Shown: positions 19,448 through 29,569, numbered from the stretch's first letter. The stretch is DNA of 45,018 nucleotides from Candidatus Latescibacterota bacterium (GCA_965223905.1 CBDCXV010000008.1:1-45018); one strand, 5' to 3'. The notes: generated from the letters alone by a model not told the origin. Made by a program: numbers and translations.

Positions 19448-20275
19448 TCACCCCAGTATCTCGCGGTACTCCTCCACGATTTTGGTCGCGCCCTCGATGA
19501 TGAGGGTGCGTTCATCCGCGGTCTCGAAAAACGAGGCGCCCATACCGATATACCGTTTGGCCGCTTCCAGATTGGCTGCCGTCGTGCCGAAGGGGACCCC
19601 GTGCTTTTTGCAGATCTCGAGAATCTCTTCGATCGGTCCCCTGACATCCGCATGCTCGGCATCCCCCGGCTGGCCCATCTCCACCGAGAAATCGCCCGGA
19701 CCGACGTAGAGCATGTCGACGCCGGGTGTGCTGATGATCTCCTCTGCATTCTCGTACCCCTGCCGCGTCTCGATCATGGCCACGACCGTTATCTCTTCAT
19801 TCTGCTCATCCATCCAAGCACGCTTGTCATCGGGCGGTACGTAGTCGCTGTTGCCGTAACCCGAAGCCAGGGACCGGTGGCCGACCGGCGTGTAGCGCAC
19901 CCAGTCGATGAGCGTCGCTATCTCTTCCCGCGATCCGGTGCGCGGCAACTGCAATCCGACGACGCCGCATTCCATGAGCTTGGCCACCTGGGCCTGGTCC
20001 AGTGTCGGCGGCTTGGCGATGACGGGCAAACCATTGTCGCGAGCGCACTGAACCGTGTCCACTAGCGACGACGGATCCATGAACATGTGCTCGTACTCGA
20101 TGTAGATGAAGTCGAAGCCGGCCTGCTGGTAGAACCGGACCAGTGGCGGACGGGAGTATTCGAAGATGATACCCCCTACCAGAACCTCTCCCGCCTTCAA
20201 CCGCTTCTTCAACTGCCGTCCCGGGCCTCCTTCGGGGTAGAGATGGGCGCTGGGTTTTTCTCCTGACTTGGGCAT
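19448..20275 (-). CDS. HpcH/HpaI aldolase family protein
   Basis: GFDFIYIEYEH, RYTPVGHRS, AMIET, GVDMLYVGPGDFS; RBS GGAGG. Confidence 0.92.
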   Translation of the reverse strand: MPKSGEKPSAHLYPEGGPGRQLKKRLKAGEVLVGGIIFEYSRPPLVRFYQQAGFDFIYIEYEHMFMDPSSLVDTVQCARDNGLPVIAKPPTLDQAQVAKLMECGVVGLQLPRTGSREEIATLIDWVRYTPVGHRSLASGYGNSDYVPPDDKRAWMDEQNEEITVVAMIETRQGYENAEEIISTPGVDMLYVGPGDFSVEMGQPGDAEHADVRGPIEEILEICKKHGVPFGTTAANLEAAKRYIGMGASFFETADERTLIIEGATKIVEEYREILG

Positions 20276-20425
20276 CACGACCTCCGGTTCACGATGAGAG
20301 AGACGATGCAGGTCGGGAAGCGTCGCAACGGCGAAGGCAGCACGTACGTCTTACGCGATGGTCCAGTCAAGCGCAATGCGTTACTATCGCCAGTCGGAGT
20401 CGGACAACGAGATTGCGAAAGGAGT

Positions 20426-20658
20426 GACGGCCTGGTTGGGCCACCCGTCGGCGGCGAGCAGGACAATCTCTGCCCGACGGCTGAGGCCTTGGGACGTGCG
20501 TTGGCTATGGATTGCAATTGCTTTCGGGACGGTTCACTCAACTCAAACGGAACCAACGGACGTCCTGATCGCATCGGGTCTCTCCTTGGAAAAAGGTCCG
20601 TGGGGAAAGTACCCACGAAGCGATTATTTCGCTAGTTATTCTTGAGACAAAACACTGG
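20426..20658 (-). mobile_element. IS630-family remnant: left end and first ~50 codons of transposase, frameshifted
   Basis: MRSGRPLVPFELSEPSRKQLQSIA / QGLSRRAEIVLLAADGWPNQAV resembles an IS630 transposase N-terminus; end CCAGTGTTTTGTCTCAAGAATA matches the MITE B TIR at 15/22. Confidence 0.78.
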
Positions 20659-21403
20659 TGTCCCAGTCACGACGCGGCATCGGCAGTTGGTAGCGCGCGG
20701 CTAGATCCCCCCGCTCGAACGGGGTGTCGATGCAGGGCCGTCCCGGATCGTCGTTGACCCGACTGATCAGCAGGTCGACATCCCGGGTGTCGTCGCGATT
20801 CTCAAAGGTCAGCGCGCGGCCCGGGGGGACGCACAGCTCGCCGTATGCCGGGCAGGTGCCCGACAGCGGCCCCGCCGTTACATGGGGGACGCCGCGGATC
20901 ACGAAGGTCACCGTCTCAGACGCCGGGTCAGCGGTGACGTCCTGTTTTTCTCCCCCACGGAGCCGGACGACTTCCGTCCTCAGGAACGGTTCGAAGATAT
21001 ACATGCTACCCGGCTCTGCAGCCAACACCTCCATGCCGATCTGCCCGGCCCCCGGGATGAAGTCGGGCGGCCATGTGTGGGTCGGAAACTGGTTGCAGGT
21101 CACGATGAGGAAAAGGGCAACCGGTTCGTCGCCGACCACCTCGAACATGTGAGGCGCTTCGGGGTGCATCCAGATTACGGTGTCCGGTCCGACGACGCGG
21201 TCCTCGGGGCCGGCGACCACGCGGCAGCGGCCGTGGAAGAAATAGAAGAGCTCACCCGCGTTGCGGTGACAGTGGATCTCGTTCAGGGTGTGGAAACCGA
21301 CATCCCAAACCAGGATGCCCGAACGCTGGTTCGGCGTAGGTGTGTTGTCGGCCGGGATCCTCTCGATGGATCTCAGCTCTTCGTAGGTCATCGATTTCTC
21401 CAT
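20636..21403 (-). CDS. Cupin-domain protein (probable bicupin)
   Basis: HCH...ELFYFFHG...PEAPHMF metal motif; second degenerate cupin; last codons come from the IS end. Confidence 0.8.
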   Translation of the reverse strand: MEKSMTYEELRSIERIPADNTPTPNQRSGILVWDVGFHTLNEIHCHRNAGELFYFFHGRCRVVAGPEDRVVGPDTVIWMHPEAPHMFEVVGDEPVALFLIVTCNQFPTHTWPPDFIPGAGQIGMEVLAAEPGSMYIFEPFLRTEVVRLRGGEKQDVTADPASETVTFVIRGVPHVTAGPLSGTCPAYGELCVPPGRALTFENRDDTRDVDLLISRVNDDPGRPCIDTPFERGDLAARYQLPMPRRDWDTSVLSQE

Positions 21404-21405
21404 CC

Positions 21406-22044
21406 TCACTCTGCGCCCAGCGTGAGCTGCAGCACGAAACTGTCCCCTTCGCCGCGACCCTCGAGATGGTACGCGCAGTGCCGCGGAACATGCACGATCG
21501 CATGCGCTTGCAAAGCGCCGCGCAAACTCCGCACACTGGCGACGACGGATCCGGTCAAAACGTACCACAGGCGCTCGCTGTCGCCGAACTGAGCGACAGG
21601 GGTTCGCTGCCCGGAGTTCAGGTGGAGGATCTGCACGCTCATATCGGCGGAAGCCGGCAGCGCGAGGTCAGAGCCGAGTTGGACGACGGTCGCCGTGGCC
21701 GACTCGCTGGCGTCCGGGAACTTCCCCGTCGTCGTGTGGGGTTCCCTGTTCGGAGACACGACCTCCCAGAACCGGCATCCCGCATTTCCCGCGATCAGCC
21801 GATGGCGACAATTCCGGGGCAGCCATACGAGGCATCCCGCTTCGACCGCAAGCTTCTGCCGCGGGGTTTTTACCAGCAGATCGCCTTCGGCGATGAAAAT
21901 CAGCTGGTCGCTGACCGCATGGAGGTGTTCGAGCTCGAAATGCCCAGGGGACCATGAGGAAAAGCGCGATCGCTGGAGGGCGGTCCGGTTGACGGGCTGA
22001 GATCCGAGGCGCTGCCAATCGCCGGGAGCGATATCGATTTTCAA
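21406..22044 (-). CDS. Cupin-domain protein (bicupin); start uncertain (TTG)
   Basis: EHLHAVSDQLIFIAEG...LPRNCRH; second domain ERLWYVLTG...VPRHCAY. Confidence 0.75.
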   Translation of the reverse strand: MKIDIAPGDWQRLGSQPVNRTALQRSRFSSWSPGHFELEHLHAVSDQLIFIAEGDLLVKTPRQKLAVEAGCLVWLPRNCRHRLIAGNAGCRFWEVVSPNREPHTTTGKFPDASESATATVVQLGSDLALPASADMSVQILHLNSGQRTPVAQFGDSERLWYVLTGSVVASVRSLRGALQAHAIVHVPRHCAYHLEGRGEGDSFVLQLTLGAE

Positions 22045-22057
22045 GGGACGGTCGCGA

Positions 22058-22819
22058 TTACTGGGCCACGTAGCCGCCGTCCACGGGCAAGGCATGGCCG
22101 GTGACGAAGGAGGCGGCATCGGAGCACAGCCAGACAACGGCTGCTGCAACCTCTTCCGGCTCGCCTACCCGACCCATGGGGTGCCGTCCGATGATTCTCG
22201 CCCGACCTTCCGCGTCGCCGCCACCTTCCTCCATGGCGTTGCGCAGATATCCGGGACAGACCGAGTTGATGCGGATACCTCGGTCGGCATAGGCGATGGC
22301 CGCAGTCTTGGTCATGCCGACGATTCCGTGCTTGCTGGCCGTATACGGCATGTTGCCCAGAGGGGTGCCGACCAGTCCCATCACCGAGGCGGTGTTGACG
22401 ATGGACCCGCCGCCTTGCCTGAGCATCTGCGCGATCTCCTGCTTCATGCACAGCCACACGCCTTTGAGGTTGATGGAGATGATCCGGTCCCAGTCCTCTT
22501 CCGGGAATTCGTGAATGGGCGCCCTGACCGGGCTGCCGACGCCGGCATTGTTGTGAGCGCAGTCCAGGCGTCCATACGCCTCGAGCGCGCCGGCGATCAA
22601 TGCTTCGACGTCGCCGGATATCGACACATCAGCTGGAACGAAGGCGGCTTCTCCGCCGGCGGCTTCGATCAGGCCGACTGTTTCCTCGCCGGCTTCGCCG
22701 TCGATGTCGTTGACGACGACCCTGGCTCCCTCCCCGGCCAGGGCGAGGGCGGTAGAGCGGCCGATTCCCGCGCCGGATCCCGTAACCAGAGCTACCTTGC
22801 CTTCCAGTTTTCCCGCCAT
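22058..22819 (-). CDS. Short-chain dehydrogenase/reductase (classical, NAD-type)
   Basis: VTGSGAGIG, NNAG, S, YTASK, VTGHALPVDGG. Confidence 0.95.
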   Translation of the reverse strand: MAGKLEGKVALVTGSGAGIGRSTALALAGEGARVVVNDIDGEAGEETVGLIEAAGGEAAFVPADVSISGDVEALIAGALEAYGRLDCAHNNAGVGSPVRAPIHEFPEEDWDRIISINLKGVWLCMKQEIAQMLRQGGGSIVNTASVMGLVGTPLGNMPYTASKHGIVGMTKTAAIAYADRGIRINSVCPGYLRNAMEEGGGDAEGRARIIGRHPMGRVGEPEEVAAAVVWLCSDAASFVTGHALPVDGGYVAQ

Positions 22820-23127
22820 GTCGGAGGCTCTCATTCGCGCCGTCGCCGGATTTTGCGACGGGGCCGGCTCCAATGGCCACATCGCGTCTGGGCGACGACG
22901 GGGTGAACAAAGCATCTTTCAAGTAAGATGGTCAATCTGCTCCTCCTCCCACCTCGGCAGACCGCTGATCGGCCTCTTTCCCATCTCGCAGGTAGACCTT
23001 TCTTCTGCGGTACGGAATCGCCTATTTTGTCGCGTCACCTCGGTTTTCCCGGTGCGGGCCTTAACGCGTCTGGCTCACACAGTATCGGACAATAAGCGAC
23101 CGGACGACGAGACAGAGGAGATGCGCC

Positions 23128-24417
23128 ATGGCTGTATTGAGCGACAAGGACCGGGCATTCTGGAAAGAGAACGGCTACGTCGTCATTCCCAATGCCGTTC
23201 CGCAGAAAAACCTCGATGCCGTCATCGACGCGATGCAGGTATTTACCGGCAGGGACTTCTCAAATCCGGACGAGTGGTACGACATTCCCCGCACACCCGG
23301 CAGCAGCCTGCTCAACATGATGCGCCATCAGGCCCTGTGGGAAAACCGGCAGTTTCCGCGCATTCACCAGGCGTTTTCCGAAATCCTGGGCACGGAGAAA
23401 CTGATGGTCTCCCAGGACCGGGTAGCGATGAATCCGCCGGTCGGACCGGGGTGGGAATACAAGGGATTCATCCACTGGGACATGGACTCGACCATCAGGC
23501 CGATTCCGCTCTTGGTCCAGGGGGTGCTGTACCTGACGGACACGGACGTGGACCAGGGCGGATTTCAATGCGTTCCCGGTTTTCATCGAGAGCTCGAGGA
23601 ATGGGAGAAAACGCAACCGCCGGACCGCCATCCCAAGTGGCCGGACCCGGCGGGGCTGGATATACGACCCATTCCGGGCAAGGCCGGTGATTTGGTGATC
23701 TGGCACAGAGCCGTCCTGCACGGCAACGGTACCAACCGCTCCAAACAGCCGCGTCTGTCGCAGTTCCTGCTCATGCAGGAAACGGAGGCGCCCGGCAGCG
23801 GGGTTCTGCCGCTGGCCCGACCGCACGAGGCGGTGGTCGCCGACGCGCTCGGCGTGCCACAGTGTTACGCCGAACGCTGGCTCGCCGAGCACCGCGGGAG
23901 CGATCTCGTGCATGCCAAAATCGACGAGATGCTGGGTGAACACCCCAACTATCCGGCCTGCCTCGTACGCGCCGACGGACGGGAGTTCTATTTGAAAAAA
24001 CGCTCTTTCAGGCAAGTGAACGACACCACGGTCGAGCTCGCGCGCGCCGATGCCGAAAGGGAGAAGCTCGCGATCGTCGCAAGCTTCGAGGAGCGTCTCA
24101 CCGAGTCGGTTCTGCGCATCCCGGAACCGCGGCGGGAGCCGCGGCTGACGGGCGATCAACTGGCAAAATTGCCGGATCTTCTGCGCCAGTCTCCGGCGGC
24201 CTTCGATCTCGGTAACAGCAGCACCTGGGACGAGCACCACTGGCAGCACACGATCTGCGGCGGGGCGGCCTTCGGTCGCGGGGACAAGCGGATCTGGAAC
24301 GAACGTGACGTCGCCCACCTCATGCACAACGAATTCGGCCTGGACCTCGACATCGAGGAGGCCGAACTCACTCCTCTGGGCCGGAAGCTCGCCGGCGTCG
24401 ATTCCTGGTACTCGTGA
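23128..24417 (+). CDS. PhyH-family dioxygenase with a long insertion before the C-terminal motif
   Basis: FWKENGYVVI, IHWD, QGVLYLTD...GGFQCVPG, LHGN...PRL; ends AELTPLGRKLAG; RBS GAGGAG. Confidence 0.88.
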   Translation: MAVLSDKDRAFWKENGYVVIPNAVPQKNLDAVIDAMQVFTGRDFSNPDEWYDIPRTPGSSLLNMMRHQALWENRQFPRIHQAFSEILGTEKLMVSQDRVAMNPPVGPGWEYKGFIHWDMDSTIRPIPLLVQGVLYLTDTDVDQGGFQCVPGFHRELEEWEKTQPPDRHPKWPDPAGLDIRPIPGKAGDLVIWHRAVLHGNGTNRSKQPRLSQFLLMQETEAPGSGVLPLARPHEAVVADALGVPQCYAERWLAEHRGSDLVHAKIDEMLGEHPNYPACLVRADGREFYLKKRSFRQVNDTTVELARADAEREKLAIVASFEERLTESVLRIPEPRREPRLTGDQLAKLPDLLRQSPAAFDLGNSSTWDEHHWQHTICGGAAFGRGDKRIWNERDVAHLMHNEFGLDLDIEEAELTPLGRKLAGVDSWYS

Positions 24418-26200
24418 GGTCCCGGTGCAGGCGCAGGCAGACCGCAGCGGTAAACCCGTATTCGTACGCCCCCAGCCCCTCACCGGTTCGAGAGTCGAAG
24501 AACTCTCGCAGATCTCCATCTTCGACCATCACGCGGAAGAGCCGCTCTCGCGCCGTCATCGCCTCGTCCCGGAAGCCTGTCTTTTCGAGCACCTCGATCA
24601 TCAGGTAGGCGACGTTCATCCATGTCGGACCCCGCCACCAGCTGTCCGCAGCGTAGGTCGGCTCACTGCAGGCGACTACAGGGAAAGGCACAGGTCCGAA
24701 GAAACAGTTCGGATTCAACAGATAGTCCGTCACCATCCGTCTCGCCTGTTCCTCCGAAAGGGGCACGTCCCCGAGCAGGGGGAGGAAGCAGGCAGGCGTC
24801 ATGACGCGGTTCGCGGCGCCAACCTCGACGTCGAGATCCCAGAACAGGCCCGATTCCTCGTCGTAGAGCAGATCGACGATGCGCGCCGCGTACTCATCCG
24901 CCATTGAGCGGTGCTCCCGGGCGGCGTCCGCGCCTCCGGCGAGCTGGGCGAAATCCGCACAGACCCGCATCTGGAGCAGGAGGTAGCTGTTCAGGTCGCA
25001 GGCCACGATCGGCCCGCGATCGAAGCGCGGCGTGTCGTCCCACCCCAACTCCATCCCGTTGGCGGCGGCAACGAGGCCGAAGCGGGTCATGCGCTGGGAC
25101 AGCCACCATTTCGTGTTGCGAACCAGTCCCTCCAGCAACCGGGCAGCGAGCTGCCCGTCTCCGCTTCTGTCGACCAGCCGCCGTCCCGCCCAGCCGACGA
25201 GAGGGGGCTGGGACTGCCGGGGATGGACCCAGGTCGAGCAGATGAAGGCGGGCATCTTTCCGTCTACCCTGAGGTTGTCGACGAAGAGGAGCAGACTGTC
25301 GGCGGCAAGACCGGGATTGAAGAACTCGGTGCCGAGGTTCTGAAAACAACTGTCCCAGAGATAGGCAGTCGGGTAAGTACCCCGGCTCGGGAACTGACAG
25401 ATGCGACCACCCAGCAGTCCGGGAGAAGCCGTGCTGTTGCTGAGCAGAGTGTAAGCGGCGCGGGCGAGAGTCCGGCTTTCGCCCTTGCTGTCGGAGTCAA
25501 AGTCGAGACCGTCCAGCACCTCCCCCCACCACGACATGGTGCGCTTCTCCGCATCCTCGAATGAACTGCTCGCCTGCTGCAGCCGTGACAGAACCGACTC
25601 GGCATTCACCTCCAGCATGCGCACGGAGAAAACGAGGACGATCCGTCCCTCGGCGTCGGCCTCGATCCGCAGCGCCTCGTCGATGCCGTCACCGTGGGAC
25701 GCCGTTCCCCTGACTACCCGCAGGCCGATGACGAAGGGGAAGGTCGCGTCTGTATCGCGTGGGTCGACGGTCGGCAGGTACCCTTCGATGAGGACCGCGC
25801 CGGTACTGTCCAACCGCGTGCAGCGCCTCTCGGTGAACTCCGCGTGCGCACCGGGGTTGAACTCGAGCGCCGACAAGCCGCTGCAGTCGACGATCCAGGT
25901 GTCGTGACTGCAGAAAGCGATGCGGGCGGAGCCCGACTTAAAACGCTGGGTGATACCGGTAGCCTTGCACTCGTGCGGTCGCTCCGGTTCCGGCATGCGG
26001 AGAAACGGCTGCAGGAAAGTCGTGCCCCTGCGGTTGTAATGCAGGAACAGGCAGGCGATTCCTCCGCCGCCGTCGATTCCGAGCCCGACGTCCGAGTAGA
26101 ACGGACTGAAGGATCTGTCGGCATCGGAGAAATCCAGGGAGTTGCCGAGCAGCTTGACGAATTCCTCACCTGGCGGTCGGGAATCGGGGCGGCTTTCCAT
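24368..26200 (-). CDS. MGH1/GH63-like (alpha/alpha)6 glycoside hydrolase
   Basis: YLWDSCF, SQPP, ELGWDDTPRF, DLNSYL, WRGPTW, EFFDSRTGEG. Confidence 0.88.
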   Translation of the reverse strand: MESRPDSRPPGEEFVKLLGNSLDFSDADRSFSPFYSDVGLGIDGGGGIACLFLHYNRRGTTFLQPFLRMPEPERPHECKATGITQRFKSGSARIAFCSHDTWIVDCSGLSALEFNPGAHAEFTERRCTRLDSTGAVLIEGYLPTVDPRDTDATFPFVIGLRVVRGTASHGDGIDEALRIEADAEGRIVLVFSVRMLEVNAESVLSRLQQASSSFEDAEKRTMSWWGEVLDGLDFDSDSKGESRTLARAAYTLLSNSTASPGLLGGRICQFPSRGTYPTAYLWDSCFQNLGTEFFNPGLAADSLLLFVDNLRVDGKMPAFICSTWVHPRQSQPPLVGWAGRRLVDRSGDGQLAARLLEGLVRNTKWWLSQRMTRFGLVAAANGMELGWDDTPRFDRGPIVACDLNSYLLLQMRVCADFAQLAGGADAAREHRSMADEYAARIVDLLYDEESGLFWDLDVEVGAANRVMTPACFLPLLGDVPLSEEQARRMVTDYLLNPNCFFGPVPFPVVACSEPTYAADSWWRGPTWMNVAYLMIEVLEKTGFRDEAMTARERLFRVMVEDGDLREFFDSRTGEGLGAYEYGFTAAVCLRLHRDLTSTRNRRRRASGPEE

Positions 26201-26337
26201 GAGAATGGAATGATAGGAGGCCGTAACTCCCTGGCCAAACTGGCTCGCACGGGTATCCGGCCCCGGTTACATTCACCGCCGCAGCTCCGCGGCGGTCCGG
26301 CTCCATTGCTGCGGTGCAATCCATACAAGGGGGGTTC

Positions 26338-27351
26338 TTGAACCGGCCACCGGAAGAATTTGTCGTTGTACAGGAGGAACGTCTCCTCGAGTTCGCCACT
26401 GAATGCTTTGAGAAAGCCGGTCTCGAAGCGGCCCACGCCGCGCAGATAAGCCGTCTGCTCGTCAACTCCGATCTGCGCGGGGTACGCAGCCACGGCACCG
26501 TTGCCGTCAACCACTACTGTGAGCGGCACGAGACTGGATTGCAGAACCCCAGGCCACGTATCGAGGTCGTGAGCGAGACTTCGGCCACGGCGGTCGTCGA
26601 CGGCGACGGCGCGCTCGGGTACGTGCCGATGATGCAGGCTACCGAACTCGCCGTTGCCAAGGCGCTCCAGCAGGGGCTCGGCATGAGTGTGGTTCGCAAC
26701 ATCGGCCACTACGGCTCCGCCGGCCATTACGCGCGCGCCTGCATGGAGCAGGGGTGCATCGGGTTTTCCGTGCAGGGGTATTACGGCCTGGGCAACGCCG
26801 ATTCCTGTCACCGCAAACCCCAGATCGGTTACTTCGGCAATCCACCCATCTGCTTCGCGGTCCCGGCCAGGGACGGGCCGCCGGTCGTGCTGGATGCGGC
26901 CGCTCGCATTCTGCCGGACTACCAGATCGGCGCCGAGGTCGACCATCTCCTGGAACTGATCCCGTCGGCCTTCTTCAAGAGCATGGGTTACGCCGCGGTG
27001 GCCGGGCTGCTGGGAGGCGCGCTGACGGGATACACGCTTCCCGGGTGCGACGCGGTGCGCAGCCGCTGGCCGGAGAGCTACAGAGGAGGGATGGTGCTGG
27101 CGATCAGGATCGAAGCGGTCGTTCCGGAGGATCTTTTCGGCGCCGAGGTCGACCGGATGACCAGGGACGTGGCCCGGACCTATGAGCCGATGCCCGGCAC
27201 CGGGCGGGCGCTCCTGCCGGGCGCGGTCGAGGAGGAGCGCTTCGAGACCTACAGGCGCGACGGCATCCCCTACGGCGAGATGGAGCAGGAAAAAGCCCGC
27301 GCCGCGAGCGATCGGCTCGGAGTTACCCTGCCTTGGGACCCCGGAGAATAG
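26338..27351 (+). CDS. Ldh_2 family (malate/L-lactate/ureidoglycolate) oxidoreductase
   Basis: SDLRGVRSHG, VDGDGALG, RNIGHYG, GNPPICFAVP, LPG; TTG start after AAGGGGG. Confidence 0.9.
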   Translation: MNRPPEEFVVVQEERLLEFATECFEKAGLEAAHAAQISRLLVNSDLRGVRSHGTVAVNHYCERHETGLQNPRPRIEVVSETSATAVVDGDGALGYVPMMQATELAVAKALQQGLGMSVVRNIGHYGSAGHYARACMEQGCIGFSVQGYYGLGNADSCHRKPQIGYFGNPPICFAVPARDGPPVVLDAAARILPDYQIGAEVDHLLELIPSAFFKSMGYAAVAGLLGGALTGYTLPGCDAVRSRWPESYRGGMVLAIRIEAVVPEDLFGAEVDRMTRDVARTYEPMPGTGRALLPGAVEEERFETYRRDGIPYGEMEQEKARAASDRLGVTLPWDPGE

Positions 27352-27409
27352 GCGGCGCCAAGGGAACCGGGAAGGCTGGCCGAGTTCACCTGTCCCCAAC
27401 TGCGGAGAA

Positions 27410-27778
27410 TGGAACCAGCCTACGAACGGGATGGTTTCGCCAATGTCCGCAAGGCGATCGATGCCGGCCTCGTCCGCGAGCTGGACAGCCACATCGACTG
27501 GTGTTGGAGCGGCATCCCGAACTTCCTCCCGAAGGGCTCGGACACAAGCTGATCGCGCTAGTGCCTGCGCGCGTAATTAAGCGTACCAACGAGGGCGCCG
27601 ATGCGCCCGGCTCGCAAGGCGCGTGAGCGAGTCGTACCGAGGGGGTACGGCGAGCGAAGGCAACGCCGCGAGCCGGGATGAAGCGGCGACCGAATTCACG
27701 CGGAATTGCGCAAAGCAGGCACTGGATCCCTTCCGGGTGCGGTTCTTGAGCGACGACCGTCTGCTGGATGGGATGTAG
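27410..27778 (+). pseudogene. N-terminal remnant of a PhyH-family dioxygenase interrupted by MITE D
   Basis: YERDGFANVRKAIDAGLVRELDSHIDW / LERHPELPPEGLGHKLIA[MITE]DPFRVRFLSDDRLLD. Confidence 0.72.
27558..27725 (-). mobile_element. MITE copy D (168 bp, second TIR subtype)
   Basis: CTAGTGCCTGC...GCAGGCACTGG ends; same core as A-C; about 10 differences from copy E. Confidence 0.9.
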
Positions 27779-27850
27779 CCTTAGGCCCTCGTTGGCCCCG
27801 GCATCGCTTTCACGAAAGCCGGTACAGGTCCAGCGGGGGGACGGACTGAG

Positions 27851-29569
27851 TCACGAGCCGGTGGCTGTCCGTTTGTACTTGACGATCAGCTCCAGGTTCA
27901 CCAAGACGAGATGATCGGGCCGTTTCGGGTGGTCCGGCGGCAGCTCCATGCCCTCGGGATCGGGCACGTGGCGCCGCACTCGCACGCCGAGCTCGTTGTC
28001 CCCGCGCCACAGCCAGTTCCCACCCGTCAGCACCGCCTCGAGGCGGCCGACTCTGTACCAGATAGAGGGGTAGTCCGGTTTCAAGAAACAATCCCAGGGG
28101 ATTTCACGGCCATTGCAGTAAAAGGAGACCTCGTCGCCGGCGGTGAAATGCCTGAGCCCGATCACGAGAAGGACGGTCTCGGCAGCACCCGCCCGGAGCG
28201 CCGCCTCCACGTCGTCGCCAAGCGTCATCTCGACGCGATGCTCACCACCTTCCCGCAGTGCGAGCGGAAGCTGGTCCCGCCAGACATAGTGCTTGTCGGC
28301 TCGTTCGACCGTTGAGGCATCCTTCAACTCGACAAGCAGCTCGAAATCGTCGGGCCGCTGGTAGTCCAGCACCGATTTCTGCGATCGCGGCCACGAAATC
28401 TGCAGCCCGTCGACGCCTGCCCGGCGGTAGGACAGGTTCGCCGCCTGCAGCATCTCGGTGGTGGGCCTGACCTTGGTGAACTGATCGCTGAACACCTCAC
28501 TCACTCCGGCCAGTACCTGACAGTTTGAGCCCGCCGCAGCCTCGACGCACTCGCGGACGCGAGCGGCGTGCTCGGCGGTCGTCGCCGATACCACGGGCAC
28601 GAGAATATCGACCGAACCGTCTGCCATCCAGGCCGCGACATCCATGCCGACCTGGTCGCGCAGGTAGTCCAGTCCCCGATGAGCGAAGAGGCGGGCGAGC
28701 AGCCTGGCCTCGCATCCCGGCTGTTCGTTGTCCTTGAGGATCTGCCTGGCGCGAGACATGAAACCGGACAGCAACTCGCGTCCCTCCCCGGTCTCACCCT
28801 GCTTGAAGAAATGCGGATCGGAACAGAAGTCGATCTGAATCCCGTCCAGATCGTAGCGGCGGGATATCTCGTCGATGACGGCCAGGCGGTAGTCGCGAAC
28901 TTCCCGTCGACCGAAATCGAGGCGAGGGCAGAAAGCGGTCTCCGGCCGCGCGTGAGAATCGCCATCGGGAGCCGGAGCGTCGTAGACCGCCCGGTAGGAT
29001 CCGGCGCCGACGCCGGTGTCGACCCGGTGGCAGTCGTAGCCCAGCAGCAACTCTTCGTGCTCGAGCAGAAACCGGCTCGCGGGCATACCCGAACCGTCGA
29101 GGTAGTTACCGGCGAAGTTGGCCGGATTGATCTGCAGGTCCAGGAAGACCTGTATTCCCTTGTCGTGGGCGCGATCGATGATGGCTTCCCAGGGGTCGAA
29201 ACCGATTTCCCCCAACAGACGGAAGTTCTCCGCCAGCCGCCACAGGCCCAGGGCGTGCGGAAAGGAGACATACTCCGGTCCGCCGGCGCCGCGCGGCGTC
29301 AACCCGTACTCCCGCTCGAGAATGCTCCCGACCGCGGTGACGGACTCGCCGACCTCGGTGTCATAGCACAAGAACTGGTTGCCTTGCGCGATGCGCAGGA
29401 CGAGGGCGTCGACGCCGAACCCGACGAAGGGATGGACGAAGTCATCGAGGATGCGATCGCGGGCGACTTCGACGCGAAGGCTGTGCGGACAGTCCCGGGG
29501 CACATAACCGGGTCCGAACCACTGCATGCCTGTGTCTGCGGCGAAGATCCGGAAGGACTGCGCCTTCAC
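27851..29569 (-). CDS. Glycoside hydrolase-like 10 (DUF187-type) TIM-barrel protein
   Basis: DPWEAIIDRAHDKGIQVF, LDFGRREVRDYRLAVIDEISRRYDLDGIQIDF; C-terminal beta-sandwich. Confidence 0.7.
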   Translation of the reverse strand: MKAQSFRIFAADTGMQWFGPGYVPRDCPHSLRVEVARDRILDDFVHPFVGFGVDALVLRIAQGNQFLCYDTEVGESVTAVGSILEREYGLTPRGAGGPEYVSFPHALGLWRLAENFRLLGEIGFDPWEAIIDRAHDKGIQVFLDLQINPANFAGNYLDGSGMPASRFLLEHEELLLGYDCHRVDTGVGAGSYRAVYDAPAPDGDSHARPETAFCPRLDFGRREVRDYRLAVIDEISRRYDLDGIQIDFCSDPHFFKQGETGEGRELLSGFMSRARQILKDNEQPGCEARLLARLFAHRGLDYLRDQVGMDVAAWMADGSVDILVPVVSATTAEHAARVRECVEAAAGSNCQVLAGVSEVFSDQFTKVRPTTEMLQAANLSYRRAGVDGLQISWPRSQKSVLDYQRPDDFELLVELKDASTVERADKHYVWRDQLPLALREGGEHRVEMTLGDDVEAALRAGAAETVLLVIGLRHFTAGDEVSFYCNGREIPWDCFLKPDYPSIWYRVGRLEAVLTGGNWLWRGDNELGVRVRRHVPDPEGMELPPDHPKRPDHLVLVNLELIVKYKRTATGS

